A stretch of DNA of 60,760 nt, filler included. It is 4 parts of 4 records of this genome, joined end to end, with 100 filler letters (N's around TTAATTAATTAA, not from the genome) between each part and the next. Parts side by side here need not be neighbours in the genome. Positions count along the whole stretch, not along the records: positions 1 to 12,705 come from SRR2962707_4612; 3 more parts are not named here. One strand, given 5' to 3'. Each line of letters starts with the position of its first letter. The stretch's first letter is position 1. The position numbers and the translations under genes were made by a program. The notes beneath the pieces are model-generated. The model saw only the letters and a program-made list of their open reading frames with translations. It ran no database searches and was not told the origin of the DNA. Shown in pieces: positions 1 through 8,981 of the stretch.

Positions 1-378
1 ACCCTGCCCTGGCCCGGTAACGTCCGCCAGTTGGAAAATACCTGCCGCTGGCTGACCGTCATGGCCAGTGGCCGGGAGATCCACATTGATGACTTGCCCC
101 CGGAACTGCTGCATCAAGCGGAAAACGAGCATGCTGCTACCGGTCTGACCTGGCAGGAAGGCCTGAGGAACTGGGCAGAACAGGAACTGAAGCGCGGCAA
201 GAAAGGCATACTGGATACCGCAGTGCCCGAGTTTGAGAAAATCATGATTGAAACGGCGCTGAAGCACACCGGCGGCCGCCGCCGGGATGCCTCCATTCTG
301 CTGGGTTGGGGGCGAAATACGCTGACCCGGAAAATCAATGAGTTGGGGATGGATCAGCCGGAGGGGGAGGAGGATTAA
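1..378 (+). CDS. ntrC: Nitrogen regulation response regulator NtrC/GlnG, C-terminal part (5' end outside window)
   Basis: Frame open from base 1: LPWPGNVRQLEN (sigma54-activator AAA+ motif), then Fis-type HTH ALKHTGGRRRDASILLGWGRNTLTRKI typical of NtrC. Confidence 0.9.
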   Translation, partial: TLPWPGNVRQLENTCRWLTVMASGREIHIDDLPPELLHQAENEHAATGLTWQEGLRNWAEQELKRGKKGILDTAVPEFEKIMIETALKHTGGRRRDASILLGWGRNTLTRKINELGMDQPEGEED

Positions 379-393
379 GACTCTTCCTTCACC

Positions 394-3300
394 TCACTCG
401 GTCACCTCCCGCCAGTATATGATACGGTCGTGGCCGCGGTAGACGCCGAAGGTGGCTACCCCTGACGGGTCGCCCAGCGAACCGTCACCGTCATAGTCTC
501 CCTGTAGCCAGACCGGCACCGGAAAACTGACCCTGACGTCCCCCCGGTTTGGCTCGCCTGGCGCCGCCAGAACAACCTCACTGCCCGTGGCCGAGCCTCC
601 CATATCCATCGTCCCCGAGACCGGCACAACCGAGGTACTGCCCCCGGAGAGGCCTGACTGATCCAGAGTGACACTACCCGTGTTGTAGCCCCAACAACTG
701 TCCGCCAGATTCCGGGTGAAGCCGGCTGCCGTGTAATGGTCAATCTCGAGCGGCATTGCCAGATTAACGGTTTCCGGGCCGTATACATTCTCCAGCTGGA
801 GCCTGCCGTATCGCAATTCGAAGTTCACAACGGGTGACAAATTCGTTGGCAATAGCGGCGCTGTCACGCTATCTGCATCCTGCAGCTGTGTCAGTTCAAT
901 GGAATAGTCCGGTGTAAACGGCGCCACCCGCGTCTGTACCGTCTTGTCATAGGTAATCTCATCCGATGAAGAGAACCGATATTGCAACTGGCCTCGCCCG
1001 ATCACGGACAGAGTCGGATTGGCGAGACTCGTGCTGACAGGAAAGGGAACGCCGTTAGCATCCAGACCGCTGTTATCGGCTGCTGCTGGCGTTCGCACAA
1101 GGCTGCCCGGCGACAACCTCAGGAAATCACCCAGAGTATAATTCCGTGTCACGGCTCCACCTACATTCAGGGCCTCCACCAACAGCGTGGGTTCGGCGCC
1201 GCTGAGCCATTCAAACGGCTTGCCGATATAGGAGAATGCGGTAGAAATGTCGCAATAAGCCTCGATCTCGCCCGGCTCCGTAATCGTGACGCCAAAACGA
1301 TCGGGTATGAAACGTCCTACATGGCTAACCGCGTTACCAATGACATCAGCTGTGCCCAGATAACCACCACTGGCCAGCTCAGGAGTAATGCTGATGATGC
1401 CCACCTCTGGCCACTGGAACTGACCGCAGGCAGTGCCGGCCGCAGCCGCGGCGCCGTTACAGTCCTGACCAAAATCGCCGAAAGAGCCGGAAAGTGCGGG
1501 ACTGTCTCCACCCGATGGCGCTTCGAGAGACGCCTCCAGTACTACGTCTTCAGCGGGCGTTTCCTGGCCAAAATTTGGCGTCACGTTGCCGCTGGCATTA
1601 ACAGACGAAACCCGAACCTCGAAATCATCGCCGGCCGTTACAAACGCATTGTCGTCCTGAACTGAGGTCGCTGCCGGATTACCCGGAATCGTCAGCTGGA
1701 AATGATCCGGGCGGGCAACAAATTCACCATCGCCAAGCATTTCCGGGCCTGCATCATCGCCGGAGCCTTGGTAACGGGCATTGAGACGAACCCTCCCGAC
1801 ATCGGGGTATCGAATACTCACCGTTGCCAGGCCATTGGCATCGAAGAACAGTGGTTTGGTTCCGGTGACAAAGGAAGGTAACTCGTTGCCATCTCCATCT
1901 AATATCACACTCTGACTACCAGAAGACGGGTTGATGTAGGAAGACCAAAGTGCAATGTCTTTCGTTTCCTCGTCAAATCCGGGAACACAGCGCTGGGTGC
2001 TGTCATCCTTGCGTACCGCCGCGATATTGGCCGTGACAACGGTATCCGCAATGTGATCCGGCACCGTAATATCAAATCCCGAATCAAAGAACGTCATCTC
2101 ACACTGACCGACCGCTAACGTGCCGGAACCGTCATCACAGAGAGTCTGCGAAAACGCCACCGTACCGGGATCCGACGAAGGAACTCCCAAAGTAACGGTG
2201 CCGGGCGAGGTAATCGCCAACGAACGAGTAGTCTCACCAGTCATGGTGAAGGTGTCTCCCCCTACCCAGCCCGAGGGAGACAACGTCACTTCCACAGGAT
2301 CAGGGAAGAAAGCGTTGCAGGCCGGGTCGTCGCAGGCGCGAATTCTCACGGTCTCAGGCTTACAGGTCAGGCCTCTGCCACTGTGAATGATCTCGAAGTG
2401 GTCCACTCGTCGCTGGATTTCGCCCACCTTGTCTGCGCAGATTTCCAGACCATCGAGCTCATGGATATTGGTTGAGCCACCCGTGGAGCCGGTCAGGGAA
2501 AAGAACAGGTTCTCCGGAACATCCGCTTGCTGGCCAGTGAGCGTTACCGAGATGATCTCCTGATAGTCGGTGCCCGTGGCAGTGGTGTCTCTCTCAACCA
2601 GGAGAACAGGGAGAGCGCCTCGTGAGTCGATGGTTATCCGGTAACGGTGAGGTGCATTCCTGCCGGTCGCATCAATGCCGGGAGACAAGGCATCGGAGCC
2701 TGCGATGTACTGATAATCCAAATCTGCGGCGCCGCGCACTGCCACCGAGTCGGGCGTTCGTCCACGTTTGCCGCCCTGACGACCCTCGCTCCAGTTCGAA
2801 TAGTTGCCGTACTCGTCAATACCTATGCCAAGCCAACCGCCAGCGAAGCCCCCGGTTCTGTCTGGCTCCTGTGCATAGCCGAGCGAACCACCATAACCAC
2901 CCGCCTGCGGTGTGATCGACGCGTCAGAGAAAACGATCGCGACGCCATCGGCGCCGTTGCCATCGTAGGCATAGTAGTCAAATTCGACCTGGATCAGGTT
3001 ATCAGCACCGGGGAACAAGCGCTGTAAACTGACCGCTGTCGCCTGGTTCCCTACAGCCTCAGTCAGCCTCAGCCTGCCACCAACAATGCCAGGCCTGAAA
3101 CTCCCCCTGGAGACGGAGGTTGCCCAGTCATCGGTATTGAGAGCCCCCCCAGAGAACTCTTCGCTGAAACAGATTGCCGGTTTAGGGTCTTCAACGGTGT
3201 AGGTGATTCGCACTCGTCCAGATGCTCCTGCACCACCATTTGCCGACAAACAGACAAGAAAACTGCAGGCGGCACCACCTCCACCCCCACCGGGCACACC

Positions 3301-3930
3301 ACCCGGCGCCCCACTTCCACCGGAACTGCCGTTGCCGCCGGCCCCGCCTCCAGCTACTGCGCTCCCGCCCGTACTGCCCGCGCCATCGTTTCCCGCAGAA
3401 CCAGAGCCTGCGGAACCACCACCGCCACCACCATCTCCACGGGCGTTGGCACCTCGACCACCACTGAACACCGCATCTCCGACGCTCGAGACCGCACGTC
3501 CACCAGCGCCGCCCGAAGTATTGTTAGTGCTTACGCCAGCACCACCCTGTGCGAGCAGTGTTGACGGACTGCCAAACCAGGAGCTGTCGCCTGCGGCCGA
3601 ATTGCTTCCGCCGGAACCAACCCGGTAGGCAAAAGTCTGGCCAACTGAAACCCCGAACGACCGGAAAGCATACGCACCGCCACCACCACCACCTGCCTCC
3701 ACGCCGCCTCCAAAGAGGGAACGGGAAACCGAGCCACCACTACCACCACCACCCCAAACCTCAACCGTGATGGATCGAACATTGGCCGGAACCGTAAAGG
3801 AACCATTACCAGGAGAATCGAACTCCACAACCTGTTGTGCCTGGAGCGATAAGGGGACAAGTGAAAACAGCAACGCCAAAAGCAACAAGCTTTGGGTTTT
3901 CATAAACGTCCGTGACATGGTCCGATTCAT
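394..3930 (-). CDS. mshQ: MshQ-like pilus-associated adhesin (signal peptide, Gly-rich domain, lectin-like domain, DUF6701-type C-terminus)
   Basis: Last gene of msh operon; ATG at 3930 overlaps the mshP stop (ATGA); C-terminal GRFIPDRF, LRYGRLQLEN and ATFGVYRGHDRIIYWRE motifs of the MshQ family. Confidence 0.85.
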   Translation of the reverse strand: MNRTMSRTFMKTQSLLLLALLFSLVPLSLQAQQVVEFDSPGNGSFTVPANVRSITVEVWGGGGSGGSVSRSLFGGGVEAGGGGGGAYAFRSFGVSVGQTFAYRVGSGGSNSAAGDSSWFGSPSTLLAQGGAGVSTNNTSGGAGGRAVSSVGDAVFSGGRGANARGDGGGGGGSAGSGSAGNDGAGSTGGSAVAGGGAGGNGSSGGSGAPGGVPGGGGGGAACSFLVCLSANGGAGASGRVRITYTVEDPKPAICFSEEFSGGALNTDDWATSVSRGSFRPGIVGGRLRLTEAVGNQATAVSLQRLFPGADNLIQVEFDYYAYDGNGADGVAIVFSDASITPQAGGYGGSLGYAQEPDRTGGFAGGWLGIGIDEYGNYSNWSEGRQGGKRGRTPDSVAVRGAADLDYQYIAGSDALSPGIDATGRNAPHRYRITIDSRGALPVLLVERDTTATGTDYQEIISVTLTGQQADVPENLFFSLTGSTGGSTNIHELDGLEICADKVGEIQRRVDHFEIIHSGRGLTCKPETVRIRACDDPACNAFFPDPVEVTLSPSGWVGGDTFTMTGETTRSLAITSPGTVTLGVPSSDPGTVAFSQTLCDDGSGTLAVGQCEMTFFDSGFDITVPDHIADTVVTANIAAVRKDDSTQRCVPGFDEETKDIALWSSYINPSSGSQSVILDGDGNELPSFVTGTKPLFFDANGLATVSIRYPDVGRVRLNARYQGSGDDAGPEMLGDGEFVARPDHFQLTIPGNPAATSVQDDNAFVTAGDDFEVRVSSVNASGNVTPNFGQETPAEDVVLEASLEAPSGGDSPALSGSFGDFGQDCNGAAAAAGTACGQFQWPEVGIISITPELASGGYLGTADVIGNAVSHVGRFIPDRFGVTITEPGEIEAYCDISTAFSYIGKPFEWLSGAEPTLLVEALNVGGAVTRNYTLGDFLRLSPGSLVRTPAAADNSGLDANGVPFPVSTSLANPTLSVIGRGQLQYRFSSSDEITYDKTVQTRVAPFTPDYSIELTQLQDADSVTAPLLPTNLSPVVNFELRYGRLQLENVYGPETVNLAMPLEIDHYTAAGFTRNLADSCWGYNTGSVTLDQSGLSGGSTSVVPVSGTMDMGGSATGSEVVLAAPGEPNRGDVRVSFPVPVWLQGDYDGDGSLGDPSGVATFGVYRGHDRIIYWREVTE

Positions 3931-4337
3931 CGGGTGCGAACCTCCACTATCCGTATGGCCTGATCCGGACCATTGCCACACTGCCCCGTGCTTTTAATTG
4001 AAAACACCGTATCGCCTCCGGGGCCTTTGATATCGGCAGCTATCGAGGCGCAGGTTACCGACGCACTGCAGCCGTTCAGGGCCGAAACAGTAAAACTCAA
4101 TGATGCGTTCACCGCACTGCAGCTGCCGCCCTCCAGCACATCCCTGACGGCCACCTGGGCGCCACTTTCCGCCGCGAAGAACGCTCGCTGGGACTGTATC
4201 TGCAGGCTTACCGACTGCCCGGTACTCTCCTGCAGCTGCGCCATGCCCACTACCAGCAGGGCCAGTACCGTAATAATAAACAGCGCCACCGGGAGACCTG
4301 CACCGGCCTCCCGGCCGGGATAAGAATCAGGGTACAT
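3927..4337 (-). CDS. mshP: MSHA biogenesis protein MshP (PilX-like minor pilin)
   Basis: GAGLPVALFIITVLALL hydrophobic N-terminus, RAFFAAESGAQ motif, position after mshO; start moved to ATG 4337. Confidence 0.85.
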   Translation of the reverse strand: MYPDSYPGREAGAGLPVALFIITVLALLVVGMAQLQESTGQSVSLQIQSQRAFFAAESGAQVAVRDVLEGGSCSAVNASLSFTVSALNGCSASVTCASIAADIKGPGGDTVFSIKSTGQCGNGPDQAIRIVEVRTR

Positions 4338-5097
4338 TGCGGATCTGTACCTCCTGGCTAACCGTGGTGGTCTCATCACCCCGGGGGTCCTTCAAAGTAA
4401 AGGTGAACTGCACGACTGCCGCACGCCGAAAACTGGGTGGTGTGTATTGGAACTGGGCCGTACCGGCAAGATTGGCCGATAGAATCTGAGGCGTCACCGA
4501 CGGGGGAGTTGGCTGTGTGGTCGATGGGGCATAACCACTGTAGCGGTATAAAAACCGACCACTCTGGCAGAGGCTGACAGGCTGCGCCACCACGAAGAGC
4601 CGCCGCTGCGGTGACCGTTCCCCGAAACGATGATTGGCGCTAAGGTTAATCTGAGCTGGAGACACTGAATTGTCGATACTGGCGATACTGGGCGATACCG
4701 GGCCGGGACTGGCACTGCCATAGAGTGAATTCGCGGAGGTGCCATAACCATAGACCACCGCGCGAGTAGATCCAACGGGAGGCGTATTGGCAAACGGTGC
4801 TACGGCGATCATATTGCCGCCATCGGGAAGATCGGTGTAGGCCGTGCCGGCCTCAATCGGCAGCCATTCCAGACAATTGCCCGCAACGCGAATGGATAAC
4901 GGGAAAGCTTCCCGAAGTTCCCGGCTTATCTGTTCACTGATCACCACGCCCTGCAAAGCGCGCCGCTGTCGGGCGCTAACGTCAATCGCACCACGGGTGG
5001 AGAGGGCGACGAACTGCACGGTAATGGTCGCCACGATGGCCAAAAGTACGATGACAATGACCAGCTCAACCAACGTGAATCCTGCTGCCCGGCGCAT
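4327..5097 (-). CDS. mshO: MSHA minor pilin MshO
   Basis: Prepilin motif G|FTLVELVIVIVLL; ISRELREAFPLSIR; C-terminal VQIRNVP. Confidence 0.88.
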   Translation of the reverse strand: MRRAAGFTLVELVIVIVLLAIVATITVQFVALSTRGAIDVSARQRRALQGVVISEQISRELREAFPLSIRVAGNCLEWLPIEAGTAYTDLPDGGNMIAVAPFANTPPVGSTRAVVYGYGTSANSLYGSASPGPVSPSIASIDNSVSPAQINLSANHRFGERSPQRRLFVVAQPVSLCQSGRFLYRYSGYAPSTTQPTPPSVTPQILSANLAGTAQFQYTPPSFRRAAVVQFTFTLKDPRGDETTTVSQEVQIRNVP

Positions 5098-5585
5098 CAG
5101 TAATTCGCTCGGTAGGCGGTGAAGCGGTAGTCGTTTGCGGAGGGATCCGTGATGGTGATATCGATCCGCTTGGCCTCACCGGAGGGCAGCCCTACTTCGG
5201 TGCCCGCACAGGTTACACTGATGGAAACCCGGAATCCGGAGTATTGGGCGCCAAGAGAACCACCTTCCGCGTTTTCAGGCGCTAAGCCATTGATATCGTA
5301 GTAGTCATCCACATCGTCGAAATCCTTGCGCCCCGACTCTTCTTTATCAATCGTACAGCCAACTTCCTTTGGAACGCCCCCCGGCAAAGTCTTGTCATCA
5401 TACTTCCGAGACAGCACCTCATCCATGTAGAACTGCGCCAAGGCAATTGCCCGGGTCTGGTTAAGTGGGTCGGCACTGCGTCCGGCAATCAGGGAGAATG
5501 CCCCAACAACGCCCGCAATAGCGACACTGATAATGACGATGGCCATGACCAGTTCCACCAGGGTGGCTCCACGTTGGACATGCAT
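5097..5585 (-). CDS. mshD: MSHA minor pilin MshD
   Basis: G|ATLVELV prepilin motif, FDDVDDY and C-terminal AYRANY typical of MshD; ATG 5585 overlaps the mshC stop. Confidence 0.88.
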   Translation of the reverse strand: MHVQRGATLVELVMAIVIISVAIAGVVGAFSLIAGRSADPLNQTRAIALAQFYMDEVLSRKYDDKTLPGGVPKEVGCTIDKEESGRKDFDDVDDYYDINGLAPENAEGGSLGAQYSGFRVSISVTCAGTEVGLPSGEAKRIDITITDPSANDYRFTAYRANY

Positions 5586-6025
5586 CAGCACGGCCCCCGG
5601 TAAATCGCCCCTAGTGGGCTCAGGCAAACCCGAAAAGTGGATTCGCCGGAAAAGGTGAACTGAACGGTATTACCCGAGGTTTCCGGACGGCCAAAATAAT
5701 CAAAGGTAATGGGAAAGGTGGCTCCGGTGACCGACAGGGATGTCCCGCCGCTGTCAATACGGAAAGGCTCCCGTGAGCCCACGGTGAACAGAAATTCGCT
5801 GGAGGTCGATGTCACGGTCAGCGTGTTCTGGGTGGTGTTACCCGCCAGCGCTGCCTGCTGGGCAAGCAGCGTGGCGGATTCCAGTTGCTGGGTGGCCAGC
5901 AAAGGGGAGAAGGCCGAGCTCCTGGCGAACAGGCCAACACCCAGGGCGGAGAGGACCCCGATCAGGATGATGACCATGACCAGCTCTACGAGGGTGAAAC
6001 CCAGTTCGTTGTGAGCAATCTTAAT
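5585..6025 (-). CDS. mshC: MSHA minor pilin MshC (probable non-canonical ATT start)
   Basis: Frame extends upstream of the listed ATG 5977 as IKIAHNELG|FTLVELVMVIILIG; no ATG/GTG/TTG in frame back to the mshA stop at 6095; GGAGG 9 nt before ATT at 6025. Confidence 0.75.
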   Translation of the reverse strand: MKIAHNELGFTLVELVMVIILIGVLSALGVGLFARSSAFSPLLATQQLESATLLAQQAALAGNTTQNTLTVTSTSSEFLFTVGSREPFRIDSGGTSLSVTGATFPITFDYFGRPETSGNTVQFTFSGESTFRVCLSPLGAIYRGPC

Positions 6026-6094
6026 GGCTATTCCCCTCCAGCTTCCTTTAATAAGCTGGGAAGCAACTGTCTGTATAAAGTTCCGTTTCTTCGG

Positions 6095-6559
6095 TTAGCT
6101 ACATGTGTCATTACCACCAACAGTTGGTGAGGCTCCGCTGGCAGCTTCTGCGTAGGTTACGGTGCAATCACTGGCGATGGTTGCTGTAAAGGTAGTGCCG
6201 GAATTACTAACATCCACTCCATCGACCTGTGCCATTCCACCGATTCCGATGTTGCCGGTGGTAGCCGGGTGAGCAGCCGGATACCCATTAACCATATCCA
6301 CTGTCGCTCCCTCAATAGTTACTGTTGATGCACCGCTGTTAGAGCAAGAACTCGATGCGAGGCAAGCAGCATGAGCAATCGAACTTGCAGATCTAATGGC
6401 TCCCGATATACCGTCGCGAGAGGCAGATCTGGCATCACCACCAAAATCCGCAAACCGCGGCAAAGCAAACGCCGCCAGAATGCCCAGGATCACGATTACC
6501 ATTACCAATTCAATCAGGGTGAAACCCTTCTGATTTCTTGCTGGGATCATATTCATCAT
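6095..6559 (-). CDS. mshA: MSHA major pilin MshA
   Basis: QKG|FTLIELVMVIVILGILAAFALPRFADFGGDAR, MVNGYP motif, C-terminal Cys pair. Confidence 0.85.
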   Translation of the reverse strand: MMNMIPARNQKGFTLIELVMVIVILGILAAFALPRFADFGGDARSASRDGISGAIRSASSIAHAACLASSSCSNSGASTVTIEGATVDMVNGYPAAHPATTGNIGIGGMAQVDGVDVSNSGTTFTATIASDCTVTYAEAASGASPTVGGNDTCS

Positions 6560-6614
6560 TGCTGTTACCTCTTACGTTTGTCGTGAAGTTCTAATTGAAA
6601 CTATCGCATCGTTC

Positions 6615-7133
6615 TTAGTTTATATTGGTGACCACAGAGCCATCAGCCGTGTCGTAGGTAATGGTGCTGCCCTGACCATCCAGCTGATATTCGTATTCGC
6701 AAGCCGTACCAACCACAGCCGCCCAATAGTCAGCGTCCGCATTGGCGGCAGTAGCCGTTGAGATTGTCGGGGCGTTAGCCTGCAGCAATCCCTGCCACAC
6801 CTGCACACAACGATTTTCGTTCGGGGCACCGGTAGTGCCATTGGTCGACGTTGCCCAACCTTCATCGTTGACTGCCACGTCGTCATCGCCGAAACCATCA
6901 ACGGCCGAAACGGCGGCGGTCTGGCCATTCGACACCCATTGGGCTTTGACCAGCGCAACGCCCGCACTCAGCGCCCCAGCAGTACCCTTGATACTCGACT
7001 GGTGCGCCTGCTCAGAAAGCTGCGCAAACCGCGGCAGCGCAAACGCCGCCAGGATAGCCAGGATGGAAATCACCACCACCAGCTCGATCAGGGTGAAACC
7101 TTTTTGCTTTTGTGTGCTGTTGTACTGCCTCAT
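6615..7133 (-). CDS. mshB: MSHA pilin MshB
   Basis: QKG|FTLIELVVVISILAILAAFALPRF...GVALVKAQW, CVQVWQGLL; directly upstream of mshA. Confidence 0.78.
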   Translation of the reverse strand: MRQYNSTQKQKGFTLIELVVVISILAILAAFALPRFAQLSEQAHQSSIKGTAGALSAGVALVKAQWVSNGQTAAVSAVDGFGDDDVAVNDEGWATSTNGTTGAPNENRCVQVWQGLLQANAPTISTATAANADADYWAAVVGTACEYEYQLDGQGSTITYDTADGSVVTNIN

Positions 7134-7169
7134 TCGTCAGCCTCTTGCCGGTTCAATCGTGTTGGCCAT

Positions 7170-7751
7170 TCAGCGCCTGGCGTCCTGCCGGTTCACTGTG
7201 GTGTGCTGGAACGGTACCGGCCTCAGGGTCAGGCCGGTGAGCCGTTCGTCTTGCTCCCGCAGGTTATTCCGGTTGCGGTCAGCAAATTCGCTTATCACTC
7301 GCCAGGCGATCGGCTGTTCGGGTTTCACGCGCTTGCCTTCTATGGTTATCGGCTGCTTCGGTTTATAAATTAACCAACCCCTGGCCGATTCGCCTGTTTC
7401 ATTTTGTTGCTGGTTTGCAAAACACCAGCTGCCGGAGTCCGGCTCATTCCCGCCACAACCGCCCTTATAACGGGGCCATTGGTGGTCGAGCCAGTTGAAG
7501 GGGTTACGGCCTTCCAGGCTGGCCAGGGTCTGATCCCGGCTCAGCATGGCTTCCGCACCTTTAATCACCAGGGCAGAGCGCAGCTGCGTCAGCACCATGG
7601 CCACGCTTTGCTCTTCCACCCGCTGCAGCTCTCTGTCCAACCTGCCCAGCAGCACCCACCAAAGCACAAACAACACCACCAGGGCCGTCAGCATCCGCAT
7701 TCGCCGGCTATTGGCCAGGCCGTCGGCAGAAGACCAACGTGGACCCTGCAC
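7170..7751 (-). CDS. Membrane-anchored msh operon protein at the MshF position
   Basis: GTG start immediately after the mshG stop; one hydrophobic segment; GRNPFNWL and GSWCF motifs; lies between mshG and mshB. Confidence 0.6.
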   Translation of the reverse strand: MQGPRWSSADGLANSRRMRMLTALVVLFVLWWVLLGRLDRELQRVEEQSVAMVLTQLRSALVIKGAEAMLSRDQTLASLEGRNPFNWLDHQWPRYKGGCGGNEPDSGSWCFANQQQNETGESARGWLIYKPKQPITIEGKRVKPEQPIAWRVISEFADRNRNNLREQDERLTGLTLRPVPFQHTTVNRQDARR

Positions 7752-8981
7752 CTAGCCCCGCCCCATGGCGGCGGCCCCCAGGTCCCAGATCGGCAGGAAG
7801 ACCCCCAGCGCCAGAATCAGTACCAGTACCCCCATAGCCACAATCAGGATCGGCTCGATGGATTCCGCCAGCCGTTTCAGGCCATAGTCCACATCTTCGT
7901 CGTAGAAATCGGCGACGTTATTGAGCATGTCATCCACCGAACCGGTTTCCTCACCTACCGCGATCATCTGCAGGATCAGAGGCGTGAACATCTCGCTGTG
8001 CCGCGCGGTTCGAAGCAGGCTTTCACCCCGTTCAATACCAAGCCGCATGTCTTTGATGTGGCTGCCGATCCAGGCGTTGTCGGTGGCGTCGGCCACTACC
8101 GTCAGAGCATGGGTAACCGGCATGCCCGCCTTGAGCATGGTGGCAAAGTTACGGGCAAAACGGCTGAGGGTAATCAACTCCAACAGGGGGCCGATGATGG
8201 GCAGCTTCAGCTTGTAGCGATCCCACATCAGCCGTCCCTGCTCGGTCCGCTTCCACTGGCGAATCAGCACAGCACCGGCAGCCACCGCAAACAGCATTAA
8301 GGGCCAGTATCCCAGCAGAAAATTCGAGGTTCCGACGAGTACCTGGGTCAGGAACGGCAGGTCTGCACCCAGCTTGGCAAACACCGAGGCAAAGCGCGGA
8401 ATGACCAGGAAGTTCACCACCATCAGCGCCGCCAGCAGTGCGATGACCACGAATGTCGGGTAGCGCAGTGCCTGTTTTACCCGTCGTTTGGTATCCCGTT
8501 CCAGCTCCAGTATCTCCGACAGACGCTTGAACGAATCGTCCAGCATTCCGGTGTTCTCCCCCACGTGGATCATGGCGATGAACAACTCGGAGAACACTTT
8601 CGGGTGTGCCTGCATGGCCGTGGCCATGGTGGTGCCACCTTCCAGGCGGTTGGTAATGTCCTCCAGCACCTCCGCCAGCACCGGCGAGCGCGTGGTTTCT
8701 GCCAGTCCGCGCATGGTGCGAATCAGCGGGATACCGGCTTTGGTCAGCGCGTGCATCTGGCGGCAGAACACAATCAGTTCATCCAGCGTGACGGCTTTGC
8801 GAAACAGCGGCAGCTGGTTCAGTTTGTCCAGTGCCGACGAGGTATCTTCCTGTTCGCGAATGGTCAGCGGCGTAATACCACGGCGCATCAGTTCGCTGGC
8901 TGCCGCGTCCGGATTGGCGGCGGTCAGAGAACCTTGCTGGACAACGCCCCGGTTGTCCTTGCCCCGGTAACTGAACTGCAT
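7752..8981 (-). CDS. mshG: MSHA platform protein MshG (T2SS F / PilC family)
   Basis: KAGIPLI, HVGENTG, AVGEETG and IEPILIV motifs of the GspF/PilC family. Confidence 0.92.
   Translation of the reverse strand: MQFSYRGKDNRGVVQQGSLTAANPDAAASELMRRGITPLTIREQEDTSSALDKLNQLPLFRKAVTLDELIVFCRQMHALTKAGIPLIRTMRGLAETTRSPVLAEVLEDITNRLEGGTTMATAMQAHPKVFSELFIAMIHVGENTGMLDDSFKRLSEILELERDTKRRVKQALRYPTFVVIALLAALMVVNFLVIPRFASVFAKLGADLPFLTQVLVGTSNFLLGYWPLMLFAVAAGAVLIRQWKRTEQGRLMWDRYKLKLPIIGPLLELITLSRFARNFATMLKAGMPVTHALTVVADATDNAWIGSHIKDMRLGIERGESLLRTARHSEMFTPLILQMIAVGEETGSVDDMLNNVADFYDEDVDYGLKRLAESIEPILIVAMGVLVLILALGVFLPIWDLGAAAMGRG

Noticed and set aside
3203-3628. Proline-rich 141-aa ORF on the plus strand
   Set aside because: Antisense mirror of the Gly codons in mshQ
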